From an uncultured archaeon (GTDB taxonomy: Archaea; Asgardarchaeota; Lokiarchaeia; Sigyniarchaeales; SOKP01): 33,836 nucleotides of DNA. Both the position numbers and the translations under genes were made by a program. Below are positions 10,501 through 18,695 of the stretch, piece after piece. The notes under the pieces were generated by a model, which saw nothing but the letters and a program-made list of their open reading frames with translations, made no database searches and had not been told where the DNA came from. The stretch's first letter is position 1. Every line of letters starts with the position of its first letter. The DNA lies in NCBI GenBank assembly GCA_964525635.1, contig CAZGJX010000040.1, forward strand, positions 1 to 33,836, read 5' to 3'.

Positions 10501-11643
10501 ATTTAATAATACCGTTGAATATGCTAATTCCGCAGTTTCAGGAATAGCCTCATCAAAATTAGGAATGTTGCCTCTATTTTCTATAATAATATCTGATTTA
10601 TATATTGATATTTTTAATTCTGTAGTTGCTGCTAAAGGAATATCAATAGTTCTTATCCAAGCATAAAATCCGTTTACTATAGTATTATTTCCTCTAATAT
10701 CAAATTCTAATGCTATTGGTTCATTAATATCAATAGGAATTTCAAAAGCATAAGTTGCATTGAATGTAAACTCGTATAATTCAATTTCGTAATCAGATGT
10801 CCCACTATTGAGATAAAAATTAATATAAGTACAATCATTCGTATCATTTACAAGATTAAGATTTTCATTTATTATTCTCTTTGATAATCGAGTTCTTTCT
10901 TTTGAAGCTCCTGAACTTAAGGTTATTGGTCCATGAATATTTTTCCATGAATTATCACGTCTTAAAATTGAAATTGTCAAATCAGCATCAGCTGTTAGAT
11001 TATAAGTAAAATCCATTAAGAAGCCAAGTATCTTTTCTATTTGAAAATTAACTCTTCCATATTCATTACTTGGTGCTCGGAAGAATGTTCCAGAAAAATT
11101 GGCCTTTATTGTAAAGTTAATTATTCCATCACTTGTTGTAATCCTCATTTTTGTATCATTATTATAACCGTAAAATTGATTCTCAAATGTTCCGTATGAA
11201 ATTCCATGGTCTACATTCAACTCCGAACCATCTTCAGTACAACTAAAATATATTAATTTATCTGGATTAATTGATAGAGCATTATCATCTTCTATTGTAT
11301 GATTAGCTACATAATTTTCTTCAAATTCAAAAAACATATCTCCATAATTCAAATACGTATTTTGTTTTGGAGCAGTAATGTTAAACTCTCCATTATTATT
11401 ATTTAGGGAGACAGATCGATTTTCATAATATAATCTTCCCTCTTGATCATCTCCAACTCCTGAAAAAGGAATATCAATATCAGAACTAGTATTTAATAGG
11501 TTAGTTCCATTATTTTCTTCATTAATATTATTCTTAATGTTAGCTCCTTGAAAATTAAATATTGAGAAGCTACTTATTAAAAATACAGCAATAACTATGC
11601 AAGCGAATAGTTTGTTTTTAAATTGTTTTTTATGATGAAGCAA
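7552..11643 (-). CDS. Large single-pass surface glycoprotein (1363 aa) with Ig/CARDB-like segments and charged cytoplasmic tail
   Basis: N-terminal signal peptide (KNKLFACIVIAVFLISSF). Acidic, beta-rich ectodomain with many N-x-S/T sequons. Ig-like motifs QISFNITLEN and LQVRLTNTG. C-terminal TM IMILIISIIALIWVASLYY, then a basic-to-acidic tail. Confidence 0.75.
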   Translation of the reverse strand: MLHHKKQFKNKLFACIVIAVFLISSFSIFNFQGANIKNNINEENNGTNLLNTSSDIDIPFSGVGDDQEGRLYYENRSVSLNNNNGEFNITAPKQNTYLNYGDMFFEFEENYVANHTIEDDNALSINPDKLIYFSCTEDGSELNVDHGISYGTFENQFYGYNNDTKMRITTSDGIINFTIKANFSGTFFRAPSNEYGRVNFQIEKILGFLMDFTYNLTADADLTISILRRDNSWKNIHGPITLSSGASKERTRLSKRIINENLNLVNDTNDCTYINFYLNSGTSDYEIELYEFTFNATYAFEIPIDINEPIALEFDIRGNNTIVNGFYAWIRTIDIPLAATTELKISIYKSDIIIENRGNIPNFDEAIPETAELAYSTVLLNYNKDGVNYFEFNTIETLDYYNYFIIIEANNSDVYRLITIDRRTDYGDNEYDHLLKRYDFGDSAWQLAEIQSIGNGPVGSGSLDASSFKLNVTRGYMPSDFKINGNETLVIKGIPLEDTSDKNFKYRFSTNHYMNQWGVGLWNNSIIDPFSNGLNPDFQIDLIWNTTITNDFYFNVSYYVKAYERYDTSVTYSVNYDELPLWTITFNVIFEIALWNFTELWFIYPYYFDSSHLITPLSTPDNVISETNGEEPLNNNYDKLILSYNMTEEQNGDYILKARSFNAVNKIYSYLNYNDNIWESQGFMHGDNMSIGVDIGGPDYLGPHDGYANATLYYPDESVYLNIEDFSGTLSDNFKQLYYEFDDQILLNIDETIPVYGTYKLGIFWNNGSSIGCRTLPIYIDQYDVSFGILEYDREDDQNLLSVSKIAKEAEPIESQYYNLYIGSINKTMDFPSNFYAINNSNINIEYTYEVSGYDLNVELRNFLQNETIINPEEQISFNITLENKDPYIDLDMKVSVDLVSLMNEEWIIASDISEVKQLSQAGDPNGDYIKDFTVELDIPTLEANGFWPGVNAPIRLGGAKAIVTIYIEDEAIGTYDCPDNALLVDQTESEFEGYIISLKSSILSSAKAMHKVFQREDCTYLPDNTTFIANIVDTHYISSYSPFLSSYQLKAKGIFQNIAITPESFMNGNEFNISSLLTTEFDKVLPGESVTCQYNDSGIWVDISDSPQITDSKGYSLFEIDTSVLGIEEDKITLKLIWNGSSIYLKNTEEITIDFFSLVDEITVNAVILDSVIYRNKDSYLQVRLTNTGTSNLNISDISLIFTGINPKYQIVAQDILVLENLKSGQTTRLILEIKFKDIPTNTLTFNITVEGKNIETEVNYSISINIKADVLDRSIIEDIKNQIMILIISIIALIWVASLYYSYRLKKRIERPIEKPEKKRPRKGRYVKVSEIPQPEEEEKVPEKKKTTDLDSLLEEEGLED

Positions 11644-11810
11644 TCAAATAACCGTTTGTAGCTTATTTTATTATTAATTAAATTATTTAATAATATTAAA
11701 ATTTCCTAAATTTTTTAAATTTATTAAAAATATCTCATCCTAAAGGAATTTTTATATCTAATAGAATTATATTTATTAAAAAGAATAACATTTATAGGGA
11801 TTCATATAAA

Positions 11811-13160
11811 ATGTCTGAAGAATTAATAATTAATTATATAGAAAATAATCGAGAATATTTTATTGAATTTTTAAGGTCTTTAATTCAAATAGATTCCTAT
11901 AATCCTCCAGGTAATGAATTAAATATAGCAATTAAAATAAAAGATTTTTTCGATAAAGAAAATATAAATTCTGAAATCTTTAAGTTTGGTGTTAACAGAG
12001 CTAATTTACTAGCTTGTTTAAATGATAATTTTAAGTCTAAGAATCTTATTTTAAATGGGCATATGGATGTTGTACCATCAGGAGATATTAATGAATGGAA
12101 ATATCCACCTCTATCTGCTTATATAAAAAGAAATAAATATATTTATGGTCGAGGTTCTGCTGATATGAAAGGAGGATTAGCAGCAATGATATTAACATTA
12201 AAAATTTTAAAGGATTTAAATTTAAAAATAAATGGCAATATAATTTTAAATGCAGTAGCAGATGAAGAAACGGCTGGAGATCAAGGTACGGAATGGATGA
12301 TAAAAAATAAAGTTAATTCATTCAACTGTGATTTTGCAATTATAGGAGAACCAACAAATTTTAATCCACTTCCAAAATCTATCATTTTAGGTGAAAGGGG
12401 ACATTTACAAGTAAAAATTATAGCTAATGGGATTTCTTGTCATTCATCTATCCCGTCTATGGGGAAAAATGCAATTTATATGATAAATGATATTATTAAT
12501 AATTTGGATGAGATAGATAATATAATTCCTAAATCAAAACCTCCTATTAGCTTAGAGGAACTAAAGGAATTGGTATCTAAAACATTTCCAAATAAAAATG
12601 CATTTGAGAAGTTTTATAATGAACAAAAATTGATGCAAAATTTTATAAATGCTTTAACAACTTTTACTAAAAGTGTAACAATAATAAAAGGCGGTATAAA
12701 GGATAATGTAATTCCTGATAAATGTGAAATGGTTATTGATTTTAGATTACTTCCATCACAAAAAACAGAAAATATCTTAAACGCTATAAAGAAACTGGTT
12801 AATAAATTAGGTTATAAAATGAAAGATCAATCAGAAGGTTTTGAAGATATATTTATCGATTATGAAATACTTCTTAATAAAGAAGCATCTTATTGGGAAA
12901 ATTGGAAAAATTCTGAAATATTAAAGAAATTTTACAATATTGTTAAGGAAGTATATAAACATGAACCTTTTTATTTCCTTTATCCAGCATGTTCAGATGC
13001 ATTATATCTTAGAAATTCTGGATATTGTAAAGAAACAATTTTATTTGGACCGGGAAATGCAGCTTCAGCACATTCAACTAATGAATTTATTGAAATTAAA
13101 GACTTTTTAAACTCAATAAAAGTATATAGTTTATTTGCTTATAATTTTTTAAAAAGTTAA
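11811..13160 (+). CDS. M20 family metallopeptidase/deacylase (ArgE/DapE-like)
   Basis: LNGHMDVVP, IYGRGSADMKGG, ADEE, IGEPT, SCHSS, GGIKDNVIPD, FGPG...AHSTNE. Confidence 0.92.
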   Translation: MSEELIINYIENNREYFIEFLRSLIQIDSYNPPGNELNIAIKIKDFFDKENINSEIFKFGVNRANLLACLNDNFKSKNLILNGHMDVVPSGDINEWKYPPLSAYIKRNKYIYGRGSADMKGGLAAMILTLKILKDLNLKINGNIILNAVADEETAGDQGTEWMIKNKVNSFNCDFAIIGEPTNFNPLPKSIILGERGHLQVKIIANGISCHSSIPSMGKNAIYMINDIINNLDEIDNIIPKSKPPISLEELKELVSKTFPNKNAFEKFYNEQKLMQNFINALTTFTKSVTIIKGGIKDNVIPDKCEMVIDFRLLPSQKTENILNAIKKLVNKLGYKMKDQSEGFEDIFIDYEILLNKEASYWENWKNSEILKKFYNIVKEVYKHEPFYFLYPACSDALYLRNSGYCKETILFGPGNAASAHSTNEFIEIKDFLNSIKVYSLFAYNFLKS

Positions 13161-13256
13161 TATTTAAATATGGTAATATATTTGAGCCTAAAAGATTTTA
13201 ATATATTTAGGTTATCTTCCTCTTACGATTCAAAAAATTCTGAGGCATGAAAAAAA

Positions 13257-14438
13257 TTGGAAGACATAAAAATAGAAGATACTGTATTATTAATTGATGC
13301 TTCACGATCTATGTTAAGAAGTGATTTTAAGCCAAATCGAATTACAATTGCTCTAAAAATGGCTTCAAATTTTATTCAAAGTAAATTTCAAATAGATCCA
13401 AAAGATAGAATCTCAATATTAAGTTTTGGAAAGACACCTCAAAAATTATGTAATTTTCTAAATGATGAAGAATCATTAATTAATACACTAAAAAAGATCA
13501 ATGTTTCAGGTAAAGGTATTTTAAAAGATGCTATAGCTTTTGCTTTGCAGATTTTAGTTGAAGAAATGCGTAAAATAGGAGGAAAAAATCCTAGAATCAT
13601 TATAATAAGTGATAATAAATTTGAAACATCTGAAAAGGTAAATAAGATTATTAATTTAGCAAAAGGTTTAGGAATAATTATAGATACCTGCCAAATAGGG
13701 CTGTCAGATAATTATAAAGATAATACATTAAAACGGATTTCGCAAATAACTGGGGGAGAATTTGGATTTTTTAATAATACAAAAGCAATAATCAACGCAG
13801 GAAAAACTTTTGCTTCAAAAAAAAGTTTGAAAAAAACGTCAGATTATTTTTCACCATACAAAAAAAAAGAAATTCCACCCCTTCTCAATGAAATTTCTCT
13901 ACCTTTAAGACGTCCCACAATTATGGAAATTCGGATGATGATGAGTAATCAAGGTATAGGTCAAGAAAAATGTCAGATTTGCCATTCTGTAAAGGCTGCT
14001 TTAACTAGTGCTGACTTCTTTTCTGAAGGAAGATATTGCCCTTCTTGTGATCGTCCAATGCATTTATCGTGTGCTGCATTATGGGCTAGAAAAACAGAAT
14101 ATAAAAATAATGTATTTCGTTGTCCTTTTTGCTATTTTTTATTGAGAGTACCACAAACTATTGTTAAGATTGTTGATGAAATTGAAAAAGACTCACAAAA
14201 GATTAAAATAATAAATGATGCCAGCTCACATTCAACTAAAATGATACTCATAAATAAAGAAATGGTCAATCAAGTCAATGCTTCTTGTTCTTATTGTCAC
14301 AGTATCTTTTTGGGCGATTATGAAGTATTTCAATGTGAAAAATGTGAGTCATATTATCATAAACCTTGTCTTGAAAAGATGTATAAAGAAATAAAAGCTT
14401 GTAGATATTGTGGAAGTCAAATTGTCTTTGAGCAATAA
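13257..14438 (+). CDS. vWA domain protein (Ssl1/p44- and Rpn10-like) with two C4HC3 RING-type zinc fingers
   Basis: vWA: VLLIDASRSMLRSDFKPNR...IIIISD...ISQITGGEF. Finger 1: CQIC-x18-CPSC-x4-HLSC-x16-CPFC (13971-14132). Finger 2: CSYC-x12-CEKC-x4-HKPC-x10-CRYC (14286-14411). Confidence 0.85.
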   Translation: MEDIKIEDTVLLIDASRSMLRSDFKPNRITIALKMASNFIQSKFQIDPKDRISILSFGKTPQKLCNFLNDEESLINTLKKINVSGKGILKDAIAFALQILVEEMRKIGGKNPRIIIISDNKFETSEKVNKIINLAKGLGIIIDTCQIGLSDNYKDNTLKRISQITGGEFGFFNNTKAIINAGKTFASKKSLKKTSDYFSPYKKKEIPPLLNEISLPLRRPTIMEIRMMMSNQGIGQEKCQICHSVKAALTSADFFSEGRYCPSCDRPMHLSCAALWARKTEYKNNVFRCPFCYFLLRVPQTIVKIVDEIEKDSQKIKIINDASSHSTKMILINKEMVNQVNASCSYCHSIFLGDYEVFQCEKCESYYHKPCLEKMYKEIKACRYCGSQIVFEQ

Positions 14439-14585
14439 ATTTTAAGGAGTTTTTCATACTTCTATGCTAAAAATTATTATTTTCATATATAGAGATGGTA
14501 AAATTAATTAAATACCTTTCTTTCTTAAAAAAAATATATAGATTATTTCAAATGTGGAAATTTGAATTATATTGAATATCTATCT

Positions 14586-14592
14586 GAGGTGA
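14586..14592 (+). promoter_or_regulatory. Shine-Dalgarno-like element upstream of metG
   Basis: GAGGTGA matches the archaeal anti-SD complement and lies 6 nt before the in-frame TTA at 14599. Confidence 0.6.
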
Positions 14593-14598
14593 AAAACT

Positions 14599-16650
14599 TT
14601 AAAAGAAAAACAAAAATGGATTATAACATCAGCTTGGCCTTATGTAAATGCAACACCGCATTTAGGCAACCTAATCGGAAGTGTCTTATCAGCAGATATA
14701 TTTGCTAGATTCCTTAGATTAAGAAATGAAGAAGTTGTGTTTGTTTCAGGATCCGATATGCATGGAACTCCTGTAGCTGTAGCTGCAAAACGAAAGAATA
14801 TGAGCCCAGAGAAATTAGCTATGGACAATCATAATATTATTAAGGAATTATTTAAAAAATGGAAGATTTCTTATGATAATTATACTCAAACACATAATTC
14901 AGTGCATATAGATTTTGTTCAAAAATTTTATCTTCATATTCAACAAAATGGATATATTTTCGAGAAAAAGATAAAATCGTTATATTGTTTTAATGACAAT
15001 TTGTTCCTTCCCGATAGATTTGTAGAAGGGATATGTCCTAATTGTAGTTTTGAAAATGCAAGAGGAGATCAATGTGATAAATGTCAAAAACTTTTAACTC
15101 CACTAGAATTAAAAGAACCACGTTGTGCTATATGTAATAAATCACCAAAGATAGTAAAAACAAAACATTGGTACATGAACTTTCCCAAATTACAATCGAA
15201 ATTAGCAAATTTAATTGAGAATAATGATATTATACCTCAAAATGCAAGACAAGTATGTCTTAATAGTATTAAAGAAGGTATACCTGAAAGATCAATAACT
15301 AGAGATTTAGAATGGGGCATTTCTGCACCATTTAAAGGAGCGGAGTCTAAAAGTATATATGTCTGGTTTGAAGCCGTATTAGGTTATATATCTGCAGTTA
15401 AAGAATGGGCTGAAAATATTATAAATGATCCAAGGAGATTTAATTATTTTTGGAATGATGAAAATACCAAAACAGTATATTTTATTGGGAAAGATAATAT
15501 AATTTTTCATTTAATTGTATTTCCTGGATTATTGATGGCATATAATGAAAAAGAAAAAGTGAATGATAAATTTATCTTACCATATAATGTCTCATCTACA
15601 GAATTTTTAATGTTTGAAAATGAAAAATTTTCAAAATCTCATGGTGTTGGAATATGGATTGATGAAGCTTTAGAAATAGCACCATTAGATTATTGGAGAT
15701 TTAATTTAATACTTAATAGACCTGAAAAAAGTGATACATCATTCTTATGGTCTGAATTTGAGAATAATATGAATACTTTAAATGATGTCATCGGTAATTT
15801 TATTCATAGAACTCTGACTTTTATTAATGATCAATTTGATAGTAAAATACCAGAGAAAATTGAATTAGATGAGAAGGATAAAGAGTTTGTTAATAAATTA
15901 GATAATATCTCTGAAAAGATAGGAAATTATTTAATTAATTTTAATTTAAGAAAAGCAATAAGAAAAATTGTTGAATTTGCCAGAGAAGGCAATATATATT
16001 TAAATAATAAAGCCCCTTGGCATCTTATTAAGGAAAATAAAAAAGCAGCGGGGCATGTTTTTAATTTATGTTCCCAATTTGTATATGCTTTAGCTATTTT
16101 ATTAGGGCCATTCATTCCAGATACATCTCAAAAAATTTTAGATTATTTAAATATAAATAAGAGTTTAAATGAACTTGGTTGGCACAGTATTAATGATAAT
16201 TATATGGAAGTAGGAAAAATTGTAAAACAATCAAAACCACTATTCAAAAAAATGGATATTGAAGAGATAAAAGAAAACCTTAATAAAATAAAAAAAAGAA
16301 AAGAAAAAGGAGATAAAAAGGCAATTGAAATGATTTCATATGAAGATTTTAGGAAATTGGATATAAGAGTAGCTGAAATAGAAAATGTCGAGAATATTCC
16401 TAAAGCTAATAAGCTATATAAACTTTCAATTAAATTTGATGATGAAAAAAAAACTGTAGTTGCTGGTATAGCTGAAAGTTATAAACCAGAAGAATTGATC
16501 GGAAAGAAAATAATTGTATTAACTAATTTGGAACCCAAGAAAATACGAGGGATCTTAAGTGAAGGAATGTTATTAGTTGCTACTGAAGGCGATAATCTTT
16601 CTATTTTAACAATTGATAAAGAGATTAAATCGGGATCTAAAATAGAATAA
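14599..16650 (+). CDS. metG: Methionine--tRNA ligase (archaeal type, two Zn knuckles, C-terminal Trbp111-like tRNA-binding domain); start codon uncertain
   Basis: The frame upstream of the ORF-track start (14737) reads LKEKQKWIITSAWPYVNATPHLGN (HIGH motif). Also SGSDMHG, ARGDQC, SITRDLEWG, YVWFEA, FIGKDNIIFH, KFSKS (KMSKS) and C-terminal LDIRVA...SEGMLL. Confidence 0.97.
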   Translation, partial: LKEKQKWIITSAWPYVNATPHLGNLIGSVLSADIFARFLRLRNEEVVFVSGSDMHGTPVAVAAKRKNMSPEKLAMDNHNIIKELFKKWKISYDNYTQTHNSVHIDFVQKFYLHIQQNGYIFEKKIKSLYCFNDNLFLPDRFVEGICPNCSFENARGDQCDKCQKLLTPLELKEPRCAICNKSPKIVKTKHWYMNFPKLQSKLANLIENNDIIPQNARQVCLNSIKEGIPERSITRDLEWGISAPFKGAESKSIYVWFEAVLGYISAVKEWAENIINDPRRFNYFWNDENTKTVYFIGKDNIIFHLIVFPGLLMAYNEKEKVNDKFILPYNVSSTEFLMFENEKFSKSHGVGIWIDEALEIAPLDYWRFNLILNRPEKSDTSFLWSEFENNMNTLNDVIGNFIHRTLTFINDQFDSKIPEKIELDEKDKEFVNKLDNISEKIGNYLINFNLRKAIRKIVEFAREGNIYLNNKAPWHLIKENKKAAGHVFNLCSQFVYALAILLGPFIPDTSQKILDYLNINKSLNELGWHSINDNYMEVGKIVKQSKPLFKKMDIEEIKENLNKIKKRKEKGDKKAIEMISYEDFRKLDIRVAEIENVENIPKANKLYKLSIKFDDEKKTVVAGIAESYKPEELIGKKIIVLTNLEPKKIRGILSEGMLLVATEGDNLSILTIDKEIKSGSKIE

Positions 16651-16699
16651 ATATTCGTAGTAAAACAAATTTATTACTTGTTTTTTTTTACTTTTTTAA

Positions 16700-17923
16700 T
16701 TATAATTTTAAACTAAAGATAGGATTTAATCTTGCTATAATTCCACCCAAATCTAATTGAAGTGTTTTAAGTATAATATCTCTACCACGGTATTCAAATT
16801 GTACGTTTGTTGGTTCTCTTATAATCTTTTTTGTTTTATGATTACACGCAAGGACAAAGTAGCGTTGATCCTTATATTCTAATACTTCCATTACATTTTT
16901 AATATCCGGAAATCTATATCCAGCACCATGTGGTAAAATGTTCGCATTTTGTAATTTTTCTAAAACTTCAAATTTTTCTGCTCTTTCTATGAAATTTTGA
17001 TTTTTTATAGTCGTTATTGATAGATTTTTTTTCCCTTCAAAAAGGTATGCGGGTAAATCAGATCTTAACGCAATAGGAAAAATATTAGACTCAATCATAT
17101 TACTGTTTATATTCGTACAATTACTTCCCAAATAAATACTATTTGGATTTTCTAGAAACTGGTGATGTTGATCACAAATTTTTTTAAAATTATTTTCAAA
17201 TAAATATTTAGCAATAATTTCTCTTTTATTTTTTGAAAAATTTAATACTTTATTATTTAATTCCATATATGTGTTTACATTAGAATCTAATAAAATATAT
17301 TGATTTCCGAAAGGAGTGTTCTCCTTTATCGCTATATTTTTTAAATTATCAGATTTATCGATATATATTCCTATACCATATTTATCCCCACGTAGTTCAG
17401 GTGCGGAACCATGAATAAGAAAAATATATGGAGGAAATTCAATATCAGAGAGATATTTTGTTTCAAATAAGCTGATAAAATGATTACTTATACCGAAATC
17501 CCAATTTAATAATATATTTTGATGATAAATTTCTTTTTGTTTTATCTCATCTATTTTTTTTATTATGTCAAAAGGGTCTATTTGCTCTGACAATCCACCT
17601 ACAAATATCCCACATTGATTAGGTTTTGTATTTAAAAACAAGATTTCATCATTTCCAGAACCCCAAACAATCTTACCGCCATATCCAAAACCAGAATTCC
17701 ATCGAAATTTATTTCTTGAAATTGTTTCATCAGGAGATGAAATAAACATTGCTGTGGGATCAAATCCATATTTTTCTTGAATCAAGTGCATTTGTGCTAG
17801 CCCATACTTCATATTTTGTTTGCAAAGTTCGGATGTGCCATCATTTATTCCAGTGGAGTATATAAATTGGTTAGCTCTTTCAAGAATTTCTGATTTTGAT
17901 AGAGAAGATATTTGTTTACCCAT
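16700..17923 (-). CDS. Divergent RtcB-fold protein (RNA 3'-phosphate ligase/guanylyltransferase-like)
   Basis: Motifs occur in RtcB order: SPD...GFGYGG, NQCG, FGISNHF, LIHGS, DQHHQ, LPHGAG, EYR, and C-terminal ARLNPIFSLK. Confidence 0.7.
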   Translation of the reverse strand: MGKQISSLSKSEILERANQFIYSTGINDGTSELCKQNMKYGLAQMHLIQEKYGFDPTAMFISSPDETISRNKFRWNSGFGYGGKIVWGSGNDEILFLNTKPNQCGIFVGGLSEQIDPFDIIKKIDEIKQKEIYHQNILLNWDFGISNHFISLFETKYLSDIEFPPYIFLIHGSAPELRGDKYGIGIYIDKSDNLKNIAIKENTPFGNQYILLDSNVNTYMELNNKVLNFSKNKREIIAKYLFENNFKKICDQHHQFLENPNSIYLGSNCTNINSNMIESNIFPIALRSDLPAYLFEGKKNLSITTIKNQNFIERAEKFEVLEKLQNANILPHGAGYRFPDIKNVMEVLEYKDQRYFVLACNHKTKKIIREPTNVQFEYRGRDIILKTLQLDLGGIIARLNPIFSLKL

Positions 17924-18058
17924 AATTATATTTGAAATATAATGAACTAAAAATATATTTTATAATCTATTATATCAAATTATAATATAAAATATTAATG
18001 TGAGAAAGCTAGAGATTTATTTTATTAAATAAAAAAATATTGAAATAAAAATTATGAT

Positions 18059-18685
18059 ATGACCCTTAATAAGAAATATATTATCTTTGACTCTATAAAG
18101 AGCATTAAAACTTATGGAAAGTTTAATGGTTCTATTATAGTTAAGTGTAAAAATGAAAATATCATTCTAACTGATTCAATTAATTTAAAGGATGATAGTC
18201 TTGAAATTACAAAAGGTCTTATGGTAGGATTTGAATCTATTTTACCAGGAAAAGAAGAGGCATTTTCCATGAGCTCAAATTATTCATATAATTTAAGAGA
18301 TGACTCAATAGATTACGCTATCTTAATTCCTGAGGATTTAGTAGAAAAATTTGACAAGGAGAGATTTTCAGATGCTTTTCCATATACTATTAATTTACTA
18401 CATTCAGCAGGATTATTATTAAATGAAAATCAAATAAAAATAAATCATTTAGATTTTTTTAAGGGTGAAATTCTTAAAAATCCAATAGCTCTAATTCACA
18501 ATGGGATTTGTATTGCGGATAGAGTGGTCGTAGATCAATCTGGAAACCCTATCTTTTACGGAACATTAATAATAGGAAGAAATAAAAAAGGGAATCTCTC
18601 TATTAGTTATGAATCAATTGTTAATGTTGCTGATAAACTCATTAAATATATAATTATTATAGGTATTGAAGCAATAAAAGAATGA
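18059..18685 (+). CDS. Hypothetical protein (208 aa)
   Basis: Long ORF in an AT-rich background with protein-like composition. No family recognised. Confidence 0.7.
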   Translation: MTLNKKYIIFDSIKSIKTYGKFNGSIIVKCKNENIILTDSINLKDDSLEITKGLMVGFESILPGKEEAFSMSSNYSYNLRDDSIDYAILIPEDLVEKFDKERFSDAFPYTINLLHSAGLLLNENQIKINHLDFFKGEILKNPIALIHNGICIADRVVVDQSGNPIFYGTLIIGRNKKGNLSISYESIVNVADKLIKYIIIIGIEAIKE

Positions 18686-18695
18686 GATGATTTAA

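Noticed and set aside
14275-14457. 60-aa minus-strand ORF
   Set aside because: Antisense to the second zinc finger of the vWA gene.
14640-14828. 62-aa minus-strand ORF
   Set aside because: Codon-aligned antisense shadow of the conserved MetRS N-terminus.
15927-16115. 62-aa minus-strand ORF
   Set aside because: Antisense shadow within metG.
18059-18685. Possible pyruvoyl-dependent decarboxylase (ESILPG resembling SSILP)
   Set aside because: The Ser-Ser self-cleavage site and flanking motifs are absent.
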